Part shown: positions 35,201-49,069 of the stretch, piece after piece
How positions within the stretch are numbered: the first letter of the stretch is position 1
Layout: the number at the start of each line of letters is the position of its first letter
Assembly (NCBI GenBank): GCA_036172245.1
Contig: JAYWIR010000032.1
Span: 248,001 to 312,000, forward strand
Reading direction: 5' to 3'
Source: Raillietiella orientalis
Lineage: Eukaryota
DNA length: 64,000 nucleotides
Notes under the pieces: model-generated
Seen by the model: the letters and a program-made list of their open reading frames with translations, nothing else
Database searches by the model: none
Told to the model about the DNA's origin: nothing
Translations under genes and position numbers: made by a program

Positions 35201-36599
35201 AGAATGGACTGCAAGTTGGTTTTAGCTCAAAATTTCATTTCCGTGTTTACTTTTGAAAAATGTTGATTTGGGATGGAAAAGTGTGTGATACATCCTGATT
35301 TTCTGCTTATGAGGCTAAGGTGATGTTTTTACTTATCAGATACAGGTCTTCATAATAAGGTTATGAACACAGCATTTGTTTCCCTACATTCGAAATTGTT
35401 CATCCTATATTTTATCTGAGGCACTGTTTGTTTCTTGATACTCACAGTTTCAAGTGGCATTTCTTATTCCCATCTTCCATATGAATAAGTGGAAATGGAC
35501 TTTACAGGTAAATTTCAACAAATGGATGAGTTTTGTGTACTCTGAGATAGAAGATAAGAAACTCGGATGAATTTCTTGTTTGTAGGAAGGAATGTGCTTT
35601 GGGGAGATTGAAAATGCTTGTGCTACACAGGCAGTGTCTTCTCAGTAATGACTGGGAAGTCCTCTATTGACCACTTCAGATGCACTTACAGTGGAAAGGT
35701 TCCTCAACATCTATGAACTATTAAAGATAGCAAATAGGATTGTTACTATGAGCACTCCCCTATCTTCATTCTGTGTATATAAGAAAAGGTCTCTTGGGAA
35801 CAAACCTAGAGAGGGACAGAAATAACAAAGTAGTACCTTTGCTTCATCATGTAGCAAAACTTTGTCAACTGCTGTAATTAGCTCATCAGGCTGAGAGACT
35901 TGTATACAAACAGTTGAAACCACCATGAGCTGGCACTTGGCTGCATGATCTCTTAGGAATAGTCTTAAGCTTACCCAAAAGCCAGTCTTCAGCATGAGGT
36001 TTTTCCTAGAGAATATTCCCTAAAAGAGTCAAAAAAACTTCCTCAGGAGCAGAATTGGTATATATGCTACTGGGAAAAATGTAAAAGGTGGAACTCTTCT
36101 AGAAGCTTTGAAACCTCTCCAGATGCAGTAGGTTTCACACCAGCATGTCAATAAAATGCATCGGTATGCTAAACAGATGATATCAGTAATAAATGTTGGC
36201 TGATTGCATTCAACTGTTAAACTCATTTCCTTGAAGATCCTTGTGGCGAGAAGGTATTCAGTAGCCTCGTCCTTGAAGAGCTTTAAATCAACTTTAAATT
36301 TGTGTCAATTTCTTTGTCTTTGGGAGCTAACTAGTATAACTAGTATAAGTTTCCTACATGCAAAGGAGAATGATAAGGGCTGATGGAAAGGAACAGATGA
36401 TGTTGAAAGTTATTTATCGAGATACAAAGATTCATCAATCTGAACAGGATTGTCAGTAGGGTGAAGCTATCCACCAAATGAATTGTGTTGTGAGTGGTAT
36501 GTGGGTATAAGATCCACATACCACACCTTTCGGATGACATCCATTGACGAGCAGAGAAATGAATTTGGTATTGCTAAATAATGTTGGTAGTTATTTCCG

Positions 36600-36900
36600 A
36601 TCTACTAAGAAGGATGGTTTAACAGCACTGCATTTTGCTGCTATCCATTGAATTCAAGAAGTGATTTCCACTGTGATTGACCATGGCGCAAATATAGAAG
36701 CGAGAACAATATTTGGGTGTACACCCTTACTTTTGACTGCTAGTTCTAAAAGTAGTAACGCAAACGTAATTAAGTATTCCATCGAAAGAGGAGCATACTT
36801 AAAAGTGGTTAGCAATACACTATGCAACTCAAGGTAGAATTTGGATGTTGTAAAGTATCTTATTGGTGAGAAGGAAACTTTGGAAGCGCGAACTTTGGAA
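36600..36900 (+). pseudogene. Ankyrin-repeat coding fragment with in-frame stops
   Basis: Translates KKDGLTALHFAAIH*IQEVISTVIDHGANIEARTIFGCTPLLLTAS...VIKYSIERGA...*NLDVVKYLI. Confidence 0.75.
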
Positions 36901-39099
36901 ACGCCAGGCACCCAACGCTTGGATCCTGGTCACCAAGGTGAACATCCGCGACGTCATGGAACAAAAGGGGGAAAGAGACGTCCTCGCCATGGCTGCCAAT
37001 CGCTACGGCTACACATATGAGAGAGATCAACGTGGTGTTGATTTTTCGTGTTTGCCGTTCTGGTGGTGGAGTGCATCGTAAATGTCGTTCCTTTTCATTA
37101 ATAGTAACGCTTTCCACCTTGTCTCAGCACTAGTAAGTGCTAATGGCAAAGTGGACTGAGGTTCGGAGCCGTGCGTCCATTTCATTGGAATGTTTGATAT
37201 CATTCAATTATGCTCTTTATCTCTGGATGCAGGCACTTTTCTTTTGCCATGGCCTTTTACTGATTGTCGAGAAGGATAGAAACAGGAACATCAAGATACG
37301 ATCAGCCTCTGCTTTTCAATATTCCGCTTCCATTTTGTGGATGTGCTGCCAATAAGCAGCAGAGAAATACGGAAGCGAAACAAGGAAGTGGCTTGTTGCT
37401 GCACGCCCTCTTCAGCTCCATCGGAACACAAAGAACAAGAATCCTTTTAAGAGTCTTAGCACATAAGGAAAAGAAAAGCAACCATTATTCAAAAATGTGT
37501 TAAAAAAGGTGGTAAGAATTGAGAGATGGCATGCTTCGGCGAGAAACGAAACTATTTATGAAGTTACATGACAGTGAAAGTTGAGATGGAAACCGTCACC
37601 TTGTCTTGGTATTTCTGAACAAACGTACAATCGTATGAGGTCATTTCCTCATACGATTGTACGTTCGCTTTGGTTTTGTTACGATAGTGCGTTGCCACAT
37701 GCTTTCGTATTGCACAGTTCTCAGTTAGACGTATTGCTGACGAACTCTTGTTCTGCGAAACGGATTTTGGTGCTCAAGAAGTGCTTGATTCACAATCTGG
37801 ATCAATTTGCTCCATGTGCTCCTGAAAACATTCGTACGAGTTTCGTTGAAGTGTCACGAGTAAAAGTATGGTACAATCAACTGCCCATTCACTATCGGTG
37901 TTTGGGTAATACAAACCTTATTGGGCAATGAGGTGTGTATAGAGGCTGGATGCTTTCTGAGCCATACGGATTAGAAGGAACACGAATCAAAGAATGACTT
38001 GTAGTACTAGAACAATGATGACTTCCTAACAACAGTTTTTATTGACATAGCAGTTTGCAAGACCGAATGTTGGATGATGAGGTCATCGACTCACCCCTAA
38101 GGAGGCTGCAGTTCAACATCAGAATGATCTCGGTTATTTCTGTCCGCACCTCTGAGAGTCTTTCGACTGCAAAAGAAAAACTCCAGATGAAGTATCAGAT
38201 GGTGTGATTAATCACAAAAAAACTGCCATCTTGCTCTTTGTGTTTTCAAATTTGTCAGCATCCAAATGCGGGGATTTTCGTTTTTTTCTGGAGGACCAAA
38301 CTATAGAACGAAGAAGAATAAGGGGAAAGTGCATCTGTAGCATCTCCTCACAGTCAGATACATGAATTTTCATTAGAGAAGCTATTCATAGAAAGTTTGT
38401 GGGTATTTTATCCAACATCACCGTTTCACTGTACCGTTTTGATTGTAATGCGTAGCGATTGTCGATGAAAGTGCAGATACGGCTCATGCAACGCCCCTGT
38501 GATCGCAGTTAAACCACAACGCTGCTCGGTGCTCTTTCGAAGTCCTGTTAAGGAGCAGAGAAAGAAATGAAACACCGAGCAGTACGACGATCTTTCTTCT
38601 GATAGAAACAATGACCTTAGAGCTGCATGCTACTCTTTTTCTTTCCGGTCTGCTTTCTGAACTGCGACAACTTTTGCTCTCTCTATTCTGCTGAAGAAAG
38701 CGTTTTCAATAAATAATCTTCAAACCGCTTTCTCATTATTTCCCGTGATAGACCTCCCTCATTCTCCTGTATTTATCTTTTGATGCGTATCATTCTTCTG
38801 TCGTCATTTGACCATTTGGATGACTGAGGGGCATCATTTCTACTTGATTAAAAATGAAGGACAATCTGCATAATTCTTTTCTGCTTGCCTGGACTCTCTT
38901 ACTGCATGCTTTCATGTGTGGAAATCCTGCATCAGAAGCTCTTTTTTCGTGCTAGATGACTTTGGCTTCCTCTCTCGTCATTCAGAGAATTCTGAGAGAC
39001 ATTCAGCAGTCCAGAAGACCTTCAGACTGAAGTTCAAGAACCGTCTAATCATCGGGATGTTCAGTATTTTCAGCTCGCAGTTACTCTGAAAGCTCAAGA

Positions 39100-40450
39100 T
39101 GATGATGAGTCCGTAGTAGCTGTTTGGTTTCTTTGCCTTTCCTTGCAGATCGCAGAACTTTCGAGCACCAGCATGTTCTTTCACGTCACATGTGCTTCGA
39201 GTTCTGAAAACAGAGACTAATTGTAATTTTGCTTTTCCAAGCAGTTATGGGACTCTGAGTCCGTGTATCATCCACACACGACAGAGGTTTGCTGCATGGG
39301 CGCCATGCTTGGTGGTGCACATTCAGTAGACTGCAATAATGGAATCTTTTGGGGTTTACGGGTTCTCATTCAGCTGCATTTTGTGTACCAACCGACTGGA
39401 AATGTGCTTAAAGGATACTCTCTCACAATTCCTCTGAGCTTCATTACTTTTTTCTCGGCTTGCTCCAAATCCCTCTAGAACCCTTTTCCGCCCTTGACCG
39501 ACTCCTAACGTTGAAACGGATCCTCTTTATAATTAGAATACCCTGAACTTAAGGACCTGATGGCTCCCTCAGAGATTTATCTTCTCCCATCAAGAAACAC
39601 ATCCTGCCTTCTCGGTGGAAACCTGTGCTGATGCATCTTTGTATCAACAAAGCTCAGTCTTCCATATGTCTCTTCTGGTGTAAAATAATGTACTAAATCT
39701 TTGTGGCATCCTCATCTTCCTTTCGGCTACATACTTCTACTATCTCAGCAGCATCCTTATTCTTCCGATTCATGGCGGAATCTGCTTAAAGGCGTGTCGT
39801 GAGATTCGAGACTTACTATGACTCCGATCCCGAACAAGTGATCGGCATGCCGCTCGGAAAAGTCATCAACAAGGTGCTTCGAGTTTTCATGCCTGAGCGG
39901 AAGTAGAAAAAAGACCCCTTGCCTTTATACGGGGCTTGGTCACCTCTCCCAGCAGAGCCAACAAAGCGACGAAATCCGAGAAGAGTTTGACCATGGCATG
40001 CGACACCGTTCGATAGAAGTTCGTGGATGCACGTAGATAGCAAAGCCTGGGTAGGAAAAGAATTAGTACGAACTGGCTTACCCTTGCTGATTCACTCCGA
40101 TCTGTTCCCCTAGCATCAGGAAGGCAAATCCAATGTATGTCTACTTCTTACGGTAAGGTAAATCTGTGATCCCCAATCTCCAGACCTTAGCTGGGAGGAA
40201 ATCGAACGGAAGCATTTTCATCTGGAAGAATCCAATCACATCCCGGAGACTTCTCCATGGAGATGCCTTTCCGATCCTTATGTATCGCCTGTGCTGCAGC
40301 TCGTAGGCTGGAAACGAACAAGGATTCCAAGTGTCTGGAGGAAACGCAGGGCGTCTATCGGTGCCATGGCAATCCGTGATGCACGAAGTGATGTCCTCTG
40401 GCGCTAATGCGACCTCGATCAGTTACACGGATCGAAGAAGCGGCAGAGTC
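39100..40450 (-). mobile_element. Very decayed RT remnant of a different LINE clade (Jockey/I/CR1-like)
   Basis: Only blurred motifs in the expected order (G.D..PA, SGMP for SGVPQG, KFRGI, AWRP). Confidence 0.35.
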
Positions 40451-41059
40451 GCACCTACCTCGTTTGTCGCGAAAGAAGTGGTTTCCACGGAGGAATCGAC
40501 CGCGTTACAAAAAGCTTGGACGCTGATTACGGGAGAAGATGCTGAAAGCTCCCGTGGATTCCCCGGAGGCGGAAGCGGGGATCGATCGACTTTTCCACAG
40601 CGGTAAAATCCTCGTGTGAGGAAGTGAAGGCCGGACGCGCAGGTCGAGGTGACCGAGGCGTGAGAGTCTCAGCCGAAGGGAAGTGCAAGCCAGGAGTGAT
40701 CATTGGTCCAGAACAAATGAATGGAGGAGATATCTGAGGTGATCCAGAATGGTTTTCCAGAACAGATCGAGAAACCACCTCATTCACCACTTGGCCACCG
40801 CGTGTTTCTGTGGTCCGAAGCCGAAGGAATGGCTCGAGAACGAGCTCCTCTCCCCTTCGGCGCTTGCCGAGAGTCACTATGAGCACTTATGAGCCCGGTT
40901 CGGTCGGTTCGCAGCTAGCTATCGTACCAGGTCAAGCCTGCGTTGGACGCTGACCCAGCGTTCAGGTTTATTAGCAACAGAACGAGGTCACTACAGGTCA
41001 CTGCTTAACCTGAAGAGTTTCAGCCCTGGAACGCTGTCCATGGTCGGAAGGAAGCAAGG

Positions 41060-41270
41060 GAACAGAGGACGTAAGGAAGGAAGGAGAAAGTATTGAGGAA
41101 GGAAGAGGTGGAAGAAGAGGACTAACGAAGGAAGAGCAACAGCAGCATCAGCCGTAGTAGTAACAGCAGTAGTGAAAGCAGTAGCACTAGCAGCTGTAGT
41201 AGTAGTAGTAGCAGTAGTAGTAATAGTAGTAGTAGTAGGAGGAGGAGCAGGAGGAGGAGTGGAGGTGGTT
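41060..41270 (+). repeat. Purine-rich low-complexity tract with (GTA)n/(GCA)n/(GGA)n microsatellite
   Basis: Directly visible: gtagtagtagtagtagcagtagtag...ggaggaggagcagga. Confidence 0.9.
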
Positions 41271-42312
41271 GCCCAGCATTCCAGAAAAAGTTCAGTGTGG
41301 GGATCGGATACAGCGGAGAGATTTTGTGAAAGGGGAGGCTACAGGAAGAGCGGAGGACGCGCTACCCTCACGTCGGGGCATCGTTTTTTTACATCCCCTT
41401 TTCTTTCTCCGCAGCGCTTGCCACTCCTTTCTTTCCCAAAGTTCCCTGCTTAGCTCTGCCGCCGGAAGGATTTGCACAGTGACCCGAGGTTCTCCTGTGT
41501 CCCTGCAGCGGCCGTGAGAGTTCCTCGAAAGAAGCGATACTGGAGCCTTGAGAAAACGAAAGCGGAAATGGACTAGTGGAGCGCATCACTAGAAAGTGGA
41601 TAGAGGATCCTTCCTCCCACTCTTTATGGAACGTGCGCCTCTCTGTACCCACTCAAAATCTTCCCGAGTCACCCGACAAAGACGGAGTTCCGATGGGAGT
41701 TCTCGCCCTTTCGGCGGCGGACCTCGTGGTCGACCCATGTCTTGCTGATCTCAACGTTCTTTTGGTCCTGGTATGAGCTTGTCCTTGGGGACAAGGGAAG
41801 AGAGGAGAAAAGATTTCTAGACCGCCCTTACTTCCCAACACTGCCCTCATCTTTGGGAAACTTCCTGAGAGGCTGCCGATCTTTTGTGTCGCAAGGGAGA
41901 AGGATCGAAGGGTTCGCCAGCTCTTGGAACTCGATCCCTTTATTCATCTATTTTCTAAATAGGTAAACAAGCCACAATAAGAAGCTATTATTCCGAAACA
42001 GAAGTGCAAAACGTCCCTGGGGACGCCATTAGGGAAAGATCCAGCGCATAAACGACTGGACACGGCCCCACGGCACCGAGGACGGTCGATGCTCCTGGCG
42101 TGCACAACGGCAGGTTCTCAAATCCCAGACTCCTGGCCAACACGGGAGTGCGGGGAGAGCACTCGGCAGCAAGCTACCCTGTCCCTCGTGCGCCGCTTCC
42201 ACTTGGCACTCCTGTGAGGGGATCCATAGCATCTCCGAATCAGCAGGTCGCCGAGATCGAGAGATGTGGAGCGTTCTATTCGAAAACGAAGGACGAGTGA
42301 TCGCGGCCAACG

Positions 42313-43360
42313 TTGTTCACCAGGATTTGCTGGTGTATTTATTATTTAAATTTTTAAACAAAGATTTCATAACAAAGTCGTCACTAATGTACGTGGTCCC
42401 CTTTCTAACGCATAGTTCTTTCGCCTTTTACTGATGTACGTTACGTGGTAGAACCAAGTGCTCGGGTGACTTGCCAGAAACCGGTGCGCATACCGGTGAG
42501 TTCCACTCCGATGGAGACGAGGAAGGTAAAAACAAAGCAAAAATTAACAAAAAGAGTTGAACAGGGGATGAAAATGTTTTTTCGGAGAGGAAGGGCAAGG
42601 AAGGGATCACTGCTCGCGTGTATTGGTCCTCAGAATCCTGTTCTGGATGTGGACAAGTACTGCTTTGGCAGTATTCCGATGGAGCCATCTCGACGCGGTC
42701 TTTAAAAAGATCGTCGTCAAGTGGATGGCTCCCCTGCTGTTTTGGCCTCATCTGTTCGCGGCCCACCTTGCCGCGATTCCGCGTACACAGCAGAGAACTG
42801 CTAGAGACTCTACGGAGGGTAGGGCATCACATATGAAGAGGCGCCGGAAAATGTTTTTAGGGTCGTCTACTGGAATATTCAGGATAAACAAGAGTCGATC
42901 CCAAAGTTCACGGAGGGCGACACAGTCTATTAAGGGATGCGGGAAGTTCTGAATTTTGTTTCTTCTTTCTCTTCTTCTTTCTCTGAATTTTGCGCAACGG
43001 ACATCCACACTTCCAAGTATTCAGTGTGAGACGTGCTCTGCATAGGATTCCCCAATGCAAGAAGAGCAACGCCGTCTCTTGCCACTCCATCGAAAGGGTG
43101 CCACTATCCCAATACGTTGGGGGCTTCTTCACCTCCTCTGGAGGTTTTTTGAGCAGCTCGCCCTAGCGCCGAGTCCTTTAGGCGGGTCGCTCGGGTCTCA
43201 GCGTCCGCTAGCTCTCGAGTCGTCCACGCCATTAAAAGTTTTCTCCTGCCTCCGATGAGGCATGGCACTTCCCACAATGGCCATTCGTTGCTGTCCCTAG
43301 CGTTCCCGAGGGAAGGAAGCACTGGGGCAAGGGGGGTAAAAGAAGTCCACAGCGGCAGAA
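42313..43360 (-). mobile_element. Decayed 3' part of a related LINE subfamily
   Basis: WQETALLFLHWG, PHPLIDCVALRELW and LAVLCCVRGI; 3' UTR with ACCGGTATGCGCACCGGT; terminus AATAAATACACCAGCAAATCCTGGTGAACAA. Confidence 0.78.
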
Positions 43361-43362
43361 GT

Positions 43363-43850
43363 TTATCACCCAAATATGCCAGGGCATTCATTTTAAAAAA
43401 TTTTTTCACAAACATTCCATAATAAAGTCGTCAATAATGTTTTCGTGGTAGCACACTAGGTGCTCCCACACTCGGGAGACTTGTCATCAACCGGTACTCA
43501 TACCGGTACGATCCTCTCCGACAGCGGAGGGAAGGGGAAAACAAAACAAAAAGAAACAAAAGGAATTGAAAAAGGAGGGAAGGAAACGTTTTCAGGGGAA
43601 GGGAGGGAAAGGAATGGATCACTGTTCGCCTGGATCGGTCCTCGGCATCCTGTTCAGGATGCTAACAAGTGCTGTTTTTAAATTCTTCCGGTGGACCCAT
43701 TTTGACATGGTCTCCAAGAAGGTCGTTGTCTAGTGCATGGCATCCCTGCTGTTTTGCCTTCTTTTGGCGTTCCATCTTGCCACGACTCCGCGAACACAGC
43801 AGAGAACTGCTAGAGACGCGGCGATCATGTCAGGAACAGAGGATGTCAAA
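43363..43850 (-). mobile_element. Second, shorter 3' fragment of the same subfamily, in tandem
   Basis: Parallel to 42313-42810 (aaagtcgtca.taatgt, acacagcagagaactgctagagac); ends ...GGGTGATAA. Confidence 0.75.
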
Positions 43851-43879
43851 GGTCGGCGCTGTCCGATCATCGCACGGTC

Positions 43880-45200
43880 CAGCTGGAAGTCGTGTCTACT
43901 GGAAATGTGACGCCGGTGAACACCTTTCGACTCTCAGGGGACTATGAGCCGAGCCAAACGGTACCCCTTCGAAGTTTCCTGTGGCTTTGCCATCTTCCAA
44001 CTCCGCTTTGGAACCGTTTCATGGGTGCCATCCGGGAGTTGTTTCCAATTCCATGAGCCGTGGCCGCACGCCCACCCCGGGGAAGTATCGAGGAACAGCA
44101 GCGCCTCCCCTCAGTTGCGCTTGTTTTCTCGGAGCGCTGACACCCAACTTCTGGAGGAGTACCGAGGCGGGACCAAATTCCGGACGGTCTCGTCTGGAGA
44201 ACAGTACCTTCTGGACAAACAAGGTCATGGACTATCGGTTCCGGAGATGTACGTACTCAGCAGCAACCGGGGAGACGAGCTCCCAGCAACTTCCTCCGGA
44301 AGCATCTCCCACCATGTCTGAGGTGCAACCCTCAATCCTCCAAGAGCTCCTGATGATTGCTGAAATTTCGGATGTCATCTCAACGATTAAGAGAAAACCA
44401 CCAGGGTCAGAGAAGGCTTCACCAGTGCCTAGCGGTGGCCTGTTACTGCCTCCTGTTACTGCAGCTGACAGAGCTGATCAGGAAGATGGATGACGTGCCT
44501 TCCGATTGGGGAGAGTTCGTTTGCTTCCCAAAGGGGGAAGATTCTTGAAGTCTGAGCAGCTGATGCCGGTTCATAGTTGTGAATCAGATCCCTGGACTGT
44601 ACGAGTGGGACGGACAGCAAGCTCCGCTTTTGGCCCAAGGGCTCGCTGCTTGAGCTGCTCCCGAGCGAACTGCGGAGAGCAGCCTTTGCTACGCGCCGAT
44701 CCCGGCTCAGCTGCGTCGTGCTGCACAGCCTCAAGGTTTCTTCCAACTGCACGAGGACCAGGAGCTCCTGGTCGCCGTTTGCTGGCGCCTACCGGCGCTC
44801 CGCGTTGGGGCCATGTGATTGGAAACATCTGCCGCAGCAGCCGCGGCGAGACTGGCCGACCTGTTTGGAGGAGGATCCGACAGGGAGGCAGCTTCAGCCC
44901 GTTTTTCTTTCCAGCCCCCTCTTTGAGTTCATGCCTGACGGCTTTCGGAACGCTCTGGCGGCCCTGCCGTTGCCCTGCCCCTGCCGTGTCGGCTTGAGCA
45001 GACGAGCTCTTTATTCCGCTCCCCACCTCCACTCCATCGTCCGAGGAATTTCCCCGTGTCGACACTCTGGAGAGCGGGCGTGGGAGTCAACAGAACGAAG
45101 TCGACGGTCACTCCCCTAGGAGCAGAAGGGTAGCCAGAACGGATCCGTTCAAAAGTTCCCGAGGGTAGTACCTTTCAGCACTTCGCTGTACACACGGGCT
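43880..45200 (+). mobile_element. Decayed ORF2 (linker-RT) of the same LINE group
   Basis: LEEYRGG, YLLDKQG, VRLLPKGG and RRIRQGGSFSPFFF across frameshifts. Confidence 0.7.
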
Positions 45201-46799
45201 ACTTCTGCTTTGAAGAGTTGGTGATGTGACTACCTCCAGAACGCGGTCCATGGGTCACTCTAAACATTAATCTGAGAAAAGAAAAGTAAAGCATGCAAAG
45301 GCAAGCAGCAGAGTTCCATGAACAGCAAAGGAAGAGCTTCGCTAGTCTCCGGAAGCTGGACAAGAGATGTTGGTTGGAATGCTCGCTTGACCCTTCAAAA
45401 AGTTTGATGCGAAGAAAAAAGGATAGGGGAAGATCTCCACCGATTAGCAGATTCGCGACTCACAAGTAGACTGAGGGATAATAAACCTAAAAAGGGAGGA
45501 AGGAGAAGGAGTCACTGGTCACTCTGCTGTGCCGGGGTGAGCTCTTCAGAACCCCAGGAGACATTCTGGACATGCCCCCAGCTATGGCGGACGGCTCGTC
45601 CCTTCTCACGAAGTGGCAGGACTCGGCCTCGCGACTATTGATCGGGTTCCCTTTTCGCTCGGTTGCCCTGAGGAATTTCTTTTCCAAACGAAGAAAACCA
45701 AACAGAAAACGTGGACCGGTGGGTCCACTACAGTGCTGGAGTCGCAGGCCGGTTTCACCGAGGTAGACGAGGGAACAATAAATAGGTCCACAATAGTCCC
45801 CCAAAAGCGAGGAAGGCAAAGGGACCAATAGTCACACCCGATGTGTCTCCTGAAACCCACGTGCGACGTAGGCGATAGGCGACCTCTTCTTCGACTCCAG
45901 AGTCCTGCAAAGGTCTCTTGACTCCGCATTCCTCATCACTGCAGAGCTGACCCGCGCGGTCCTTGCTGGCTCGCCTCCCGCATGCTCCAGGACTGCAACA
46001 ATCTCCTGACCTAGCACAGGATGAGGCGATCGAGACAGCAGGCGGAAGCCGTCCAGCGTGAAGGAACGCCGCGGAAGCCCCCTTCCGGAGGGCCTATAGT
46101 TCGAAAGCCCTCCAGAATGGGGTTCGGTTCGAAGAGGGGCAGGACTGCGAGGCCTTTTCGCAGGATTCGGCGTTCATCGGGGTCAGTGGGGCCTGATTCT
46201 GAGGGAGGTGCTGCCTTCGTCCGGCGCCTAAGCCGCTGAGTTGCGCGGGAGCCCTCAGTGCGCTAACAGCAAGGTGGCGTCGCCTGAAGGAGAGCAAGAG
46301 GCTGCCTCCAGGTGGAGCGTATGGGTGACAACCCTCCGACAGCGGGATGTGCAGATATTCTTCCCTATGGAGGAACCCTCTGGAGAGAGCACTGGACATT
46401 GCCTCCGCGTCGTCAGCCAACCGGTCTCGCTCCGCCGGCCCCTCTACGGATACAAGAGGTCACCCATCCTACCTGCTGGCGACTGTTACTTCGCTCCCGT
46501 AGGGAGAACAGAGCTGTTACTAGAGAGTGGTAGTGTCTCGGACCCACTCGTACTGGTCTTTATGGTCCCTTTCCACTTGCTCCAGGGAGGCTGCTCCCAA
46601 GCCCGTAGATGGTACGTATCAACGTTGAGTCAGTGTGCGTGTTACAGATCCAGGTGCCACCAGGCGTTCCAGTTTGCGGGGGCGGCACGAGCCCTACTGA
46701 TGGTCTTCCCACAGGGAGCACTCTGCCTCAGTGGGGTCGAAGCGCCTTCATGAGGCCTCAGTCGTGAGTTGTCAGCGACGCCGCGTCCTTTCCCCTCTG

Positions 46800-47606
46800 A
46801 TTTCGCGCTCAGGAAGGCACCAATGCCGCATTCGGTTCTTGGTCACCAACGCCGTGATTCCCAACTGGAAACTGTGGCTTCATGTCCACTAGTGTGAGGA
46901 TGCCGATCTCGTCGTGCCCTTCATGAAGCGACGAGATCTTCGAGGAGAAACTTCGCAGTCCGTCCGTCTTCTCGGCCATCGAAGAGGGAAAGTGTTTCGA
47001 GCCAAACTGCTCCAGGTGCCGAAGACGGAGTCCTTCTTGTGAGTGCTCGTGCTCTGTGTTGCCCTCGGGCATTATGGAGATGCTTTGCAGCGATCCTTGG
47101 TACCCCTGGCAACAACGCCAGGGACGTTTTGAAGCGCCTCTTCCTGAGCGACGCCCTCACTCTGGCCGCATCTTTAGCAGCACTGCGCTGCTGGCGGGAT
47201 CTTGGCTACATGAAGCAACGACAGAGGAGGCCACCGCGAGAGGAAAGTTACCTATTTTGCTGTTTCCTCCATGAAGACAGCATCAAGAGGTCCAATCTGG
47301 GAGTCTTGAAACAGGAACTTGCGGGCATCCTTACAAGGAAGCAGAGGACACTCTCTAGCACCCAGTGATTAGTTTCTGAACCTTCCTCCCCCTATTTTTT
47401 TGACTGTATGCTTTTAGTTTTAATTTTTTTCTTCTTGTTTGTGTCCCCTTTCCTTGTGCTTAGTCGAGGCGAACTCACTGACTTGCATGTAAGTTCCCAG
47501 CAGGTTCCTTCTCGTATTTATAAGTAACGTGGCACAGTCAAAACTCCTGCCACAGACGTGTATGTTTATTTTATAAAGAAACGCCCCGACGTGACTGAGT
47601 GTCAAC
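46800..47606 (+). mobile_element. Decayed ORF2 C-terminus + 3' end
   Basis: PNCSRC, RALWRCFAAILGTPGNNARDVLKRLFLSDAL and KQELAGIL; terminus AAGAAACGCCCCGACGTGACTGAGTGTCAA. Confidence 0.78.
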
Positions 47607-48329
47607 CAGAGCCAAAAGCCCATGGGCCATGTATCGTGGGAGAGGGAAGAACCAGAAAACTACAACGCTTGATGCCAGTGGGAGTGGTGTCCCTCTCAGG
47701 GGCCATCAGCTGCCGATCGTTTCCCGGCGGCTCTCTTGGTAAGGGACTGCCGGTCCGTCGTGTCTTTCAGCGATAGTAGTTTCATGACTGATCCGCCGAT
47801 GGCGTATTCGTGAGGGTGGTTCCTTCATCGCCGCTGATTGCAGGTCGACTCGCTCTTCGGGATCACTGGTGCCTCTTTTCTCGTGATCTGTAGAGGAAGC
47901 TGCCAACTTCCACAGTCACAAGAATGATCAAGATGGAAGGGTGTGGTAGTTAAGTCCTCCGCCGCACTCAGACGGGATTCGGATCTCATGCGAAATATGC
48001 TGATACGGGAATCAGGGATCAGAGAAATAAGGGATAGACTCGACCGTAACCGGTGATGGCATCCCAGCTCGTATTCTCCCTTTCTTCCAACCGCTCAAGA
48101 CCCTGAACAGGTACTTTCTGCTGGCTATCGAGATCCTTAGAGAGGACTTTAACGAGAGGACCAAAGAGTCATCGGCGCCCTCAAGAGTGCTTCTTCCCTC
48201 CCACGAGGTGGCCGAATGCCTGTCTCTTTCTCAAGGAGGGTGTGGTTTTCCGATTGTATATATCCAGCCTCCGAACAATGTCGATCCCTTACCACGATGG
48301 AGGAAACAACGGAGTTGTCCAGGTGGCGT

Positions 48330-48757
48330 TTCAAACCCCGCCAGATTGAGTACCAAGGGATTCGGCTTCGCGGGATCGTGGCCGAGTGGAAGGCCAGAAG
48401 AGGGCCGGAATGCCCGGAACGCCATCCACTGGGCGCGGATCTTCCTGAGGAACGCCTCGATATGGCACCACCTGGGAGAGATACGGACGGGACTTGCGGC
48501 ATCCTGAACAGGATGCAGAGGACGCCTGGCGACGTACCGTTGATCCCTTCTTTGTTCCTTCTACCTCTTCTCCACGTATAATTTCTCCTCTCCTGTTTTG
48601 TTTTGCTTTTTTTTTTTTCTTCCTCCCCTACGGTACCAAAGGTGGATATCGCCAGTTTATGCGCACCGCTCTTCAGCAGGTTTATTGCGCTTGGTAGAAC
48701 CAACGGCCCTACCACACCAATGAGATAAATAAATGCCCCAGAATGACCGGGTGATAA
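48330..48757 (+). mobile_element. Short 3' fragment of the LINE group with intact terminus
   Basis: LRGIVAEW, GILNRMQR; ends AATAAATGCCCCAGAATGACCGGGTGATAA. Confidence 0.78.
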
Positions 48758-49069
48758 TCATTCTGGACCAACAGCAACGATCTTTCCATGATGTCGCTAT
48801 TGGCTTTTTTTTTTTTGTTTCAAAAAAAAAAAGGATCTGATGGACGTCTTCCAGAGAAATGCAATCCGATCCTCAATCCCTCCCACTCCTTCAGCGAAAC
48901 TTTTCGCTCCCGCTTTTCTTTGTTTTTTTTTTTTTTTTTTTCCGGTTTTCCCTTCCCCGTAGCCGTGGAAACAGACCTTACCGGCATACGTACCGATCAC
49001 GGCAAGTTCCCGGCACGTGATTCAAACAGGTGCTTCACCACACTTGAACATTTAGTGCACTTTTGAAAG

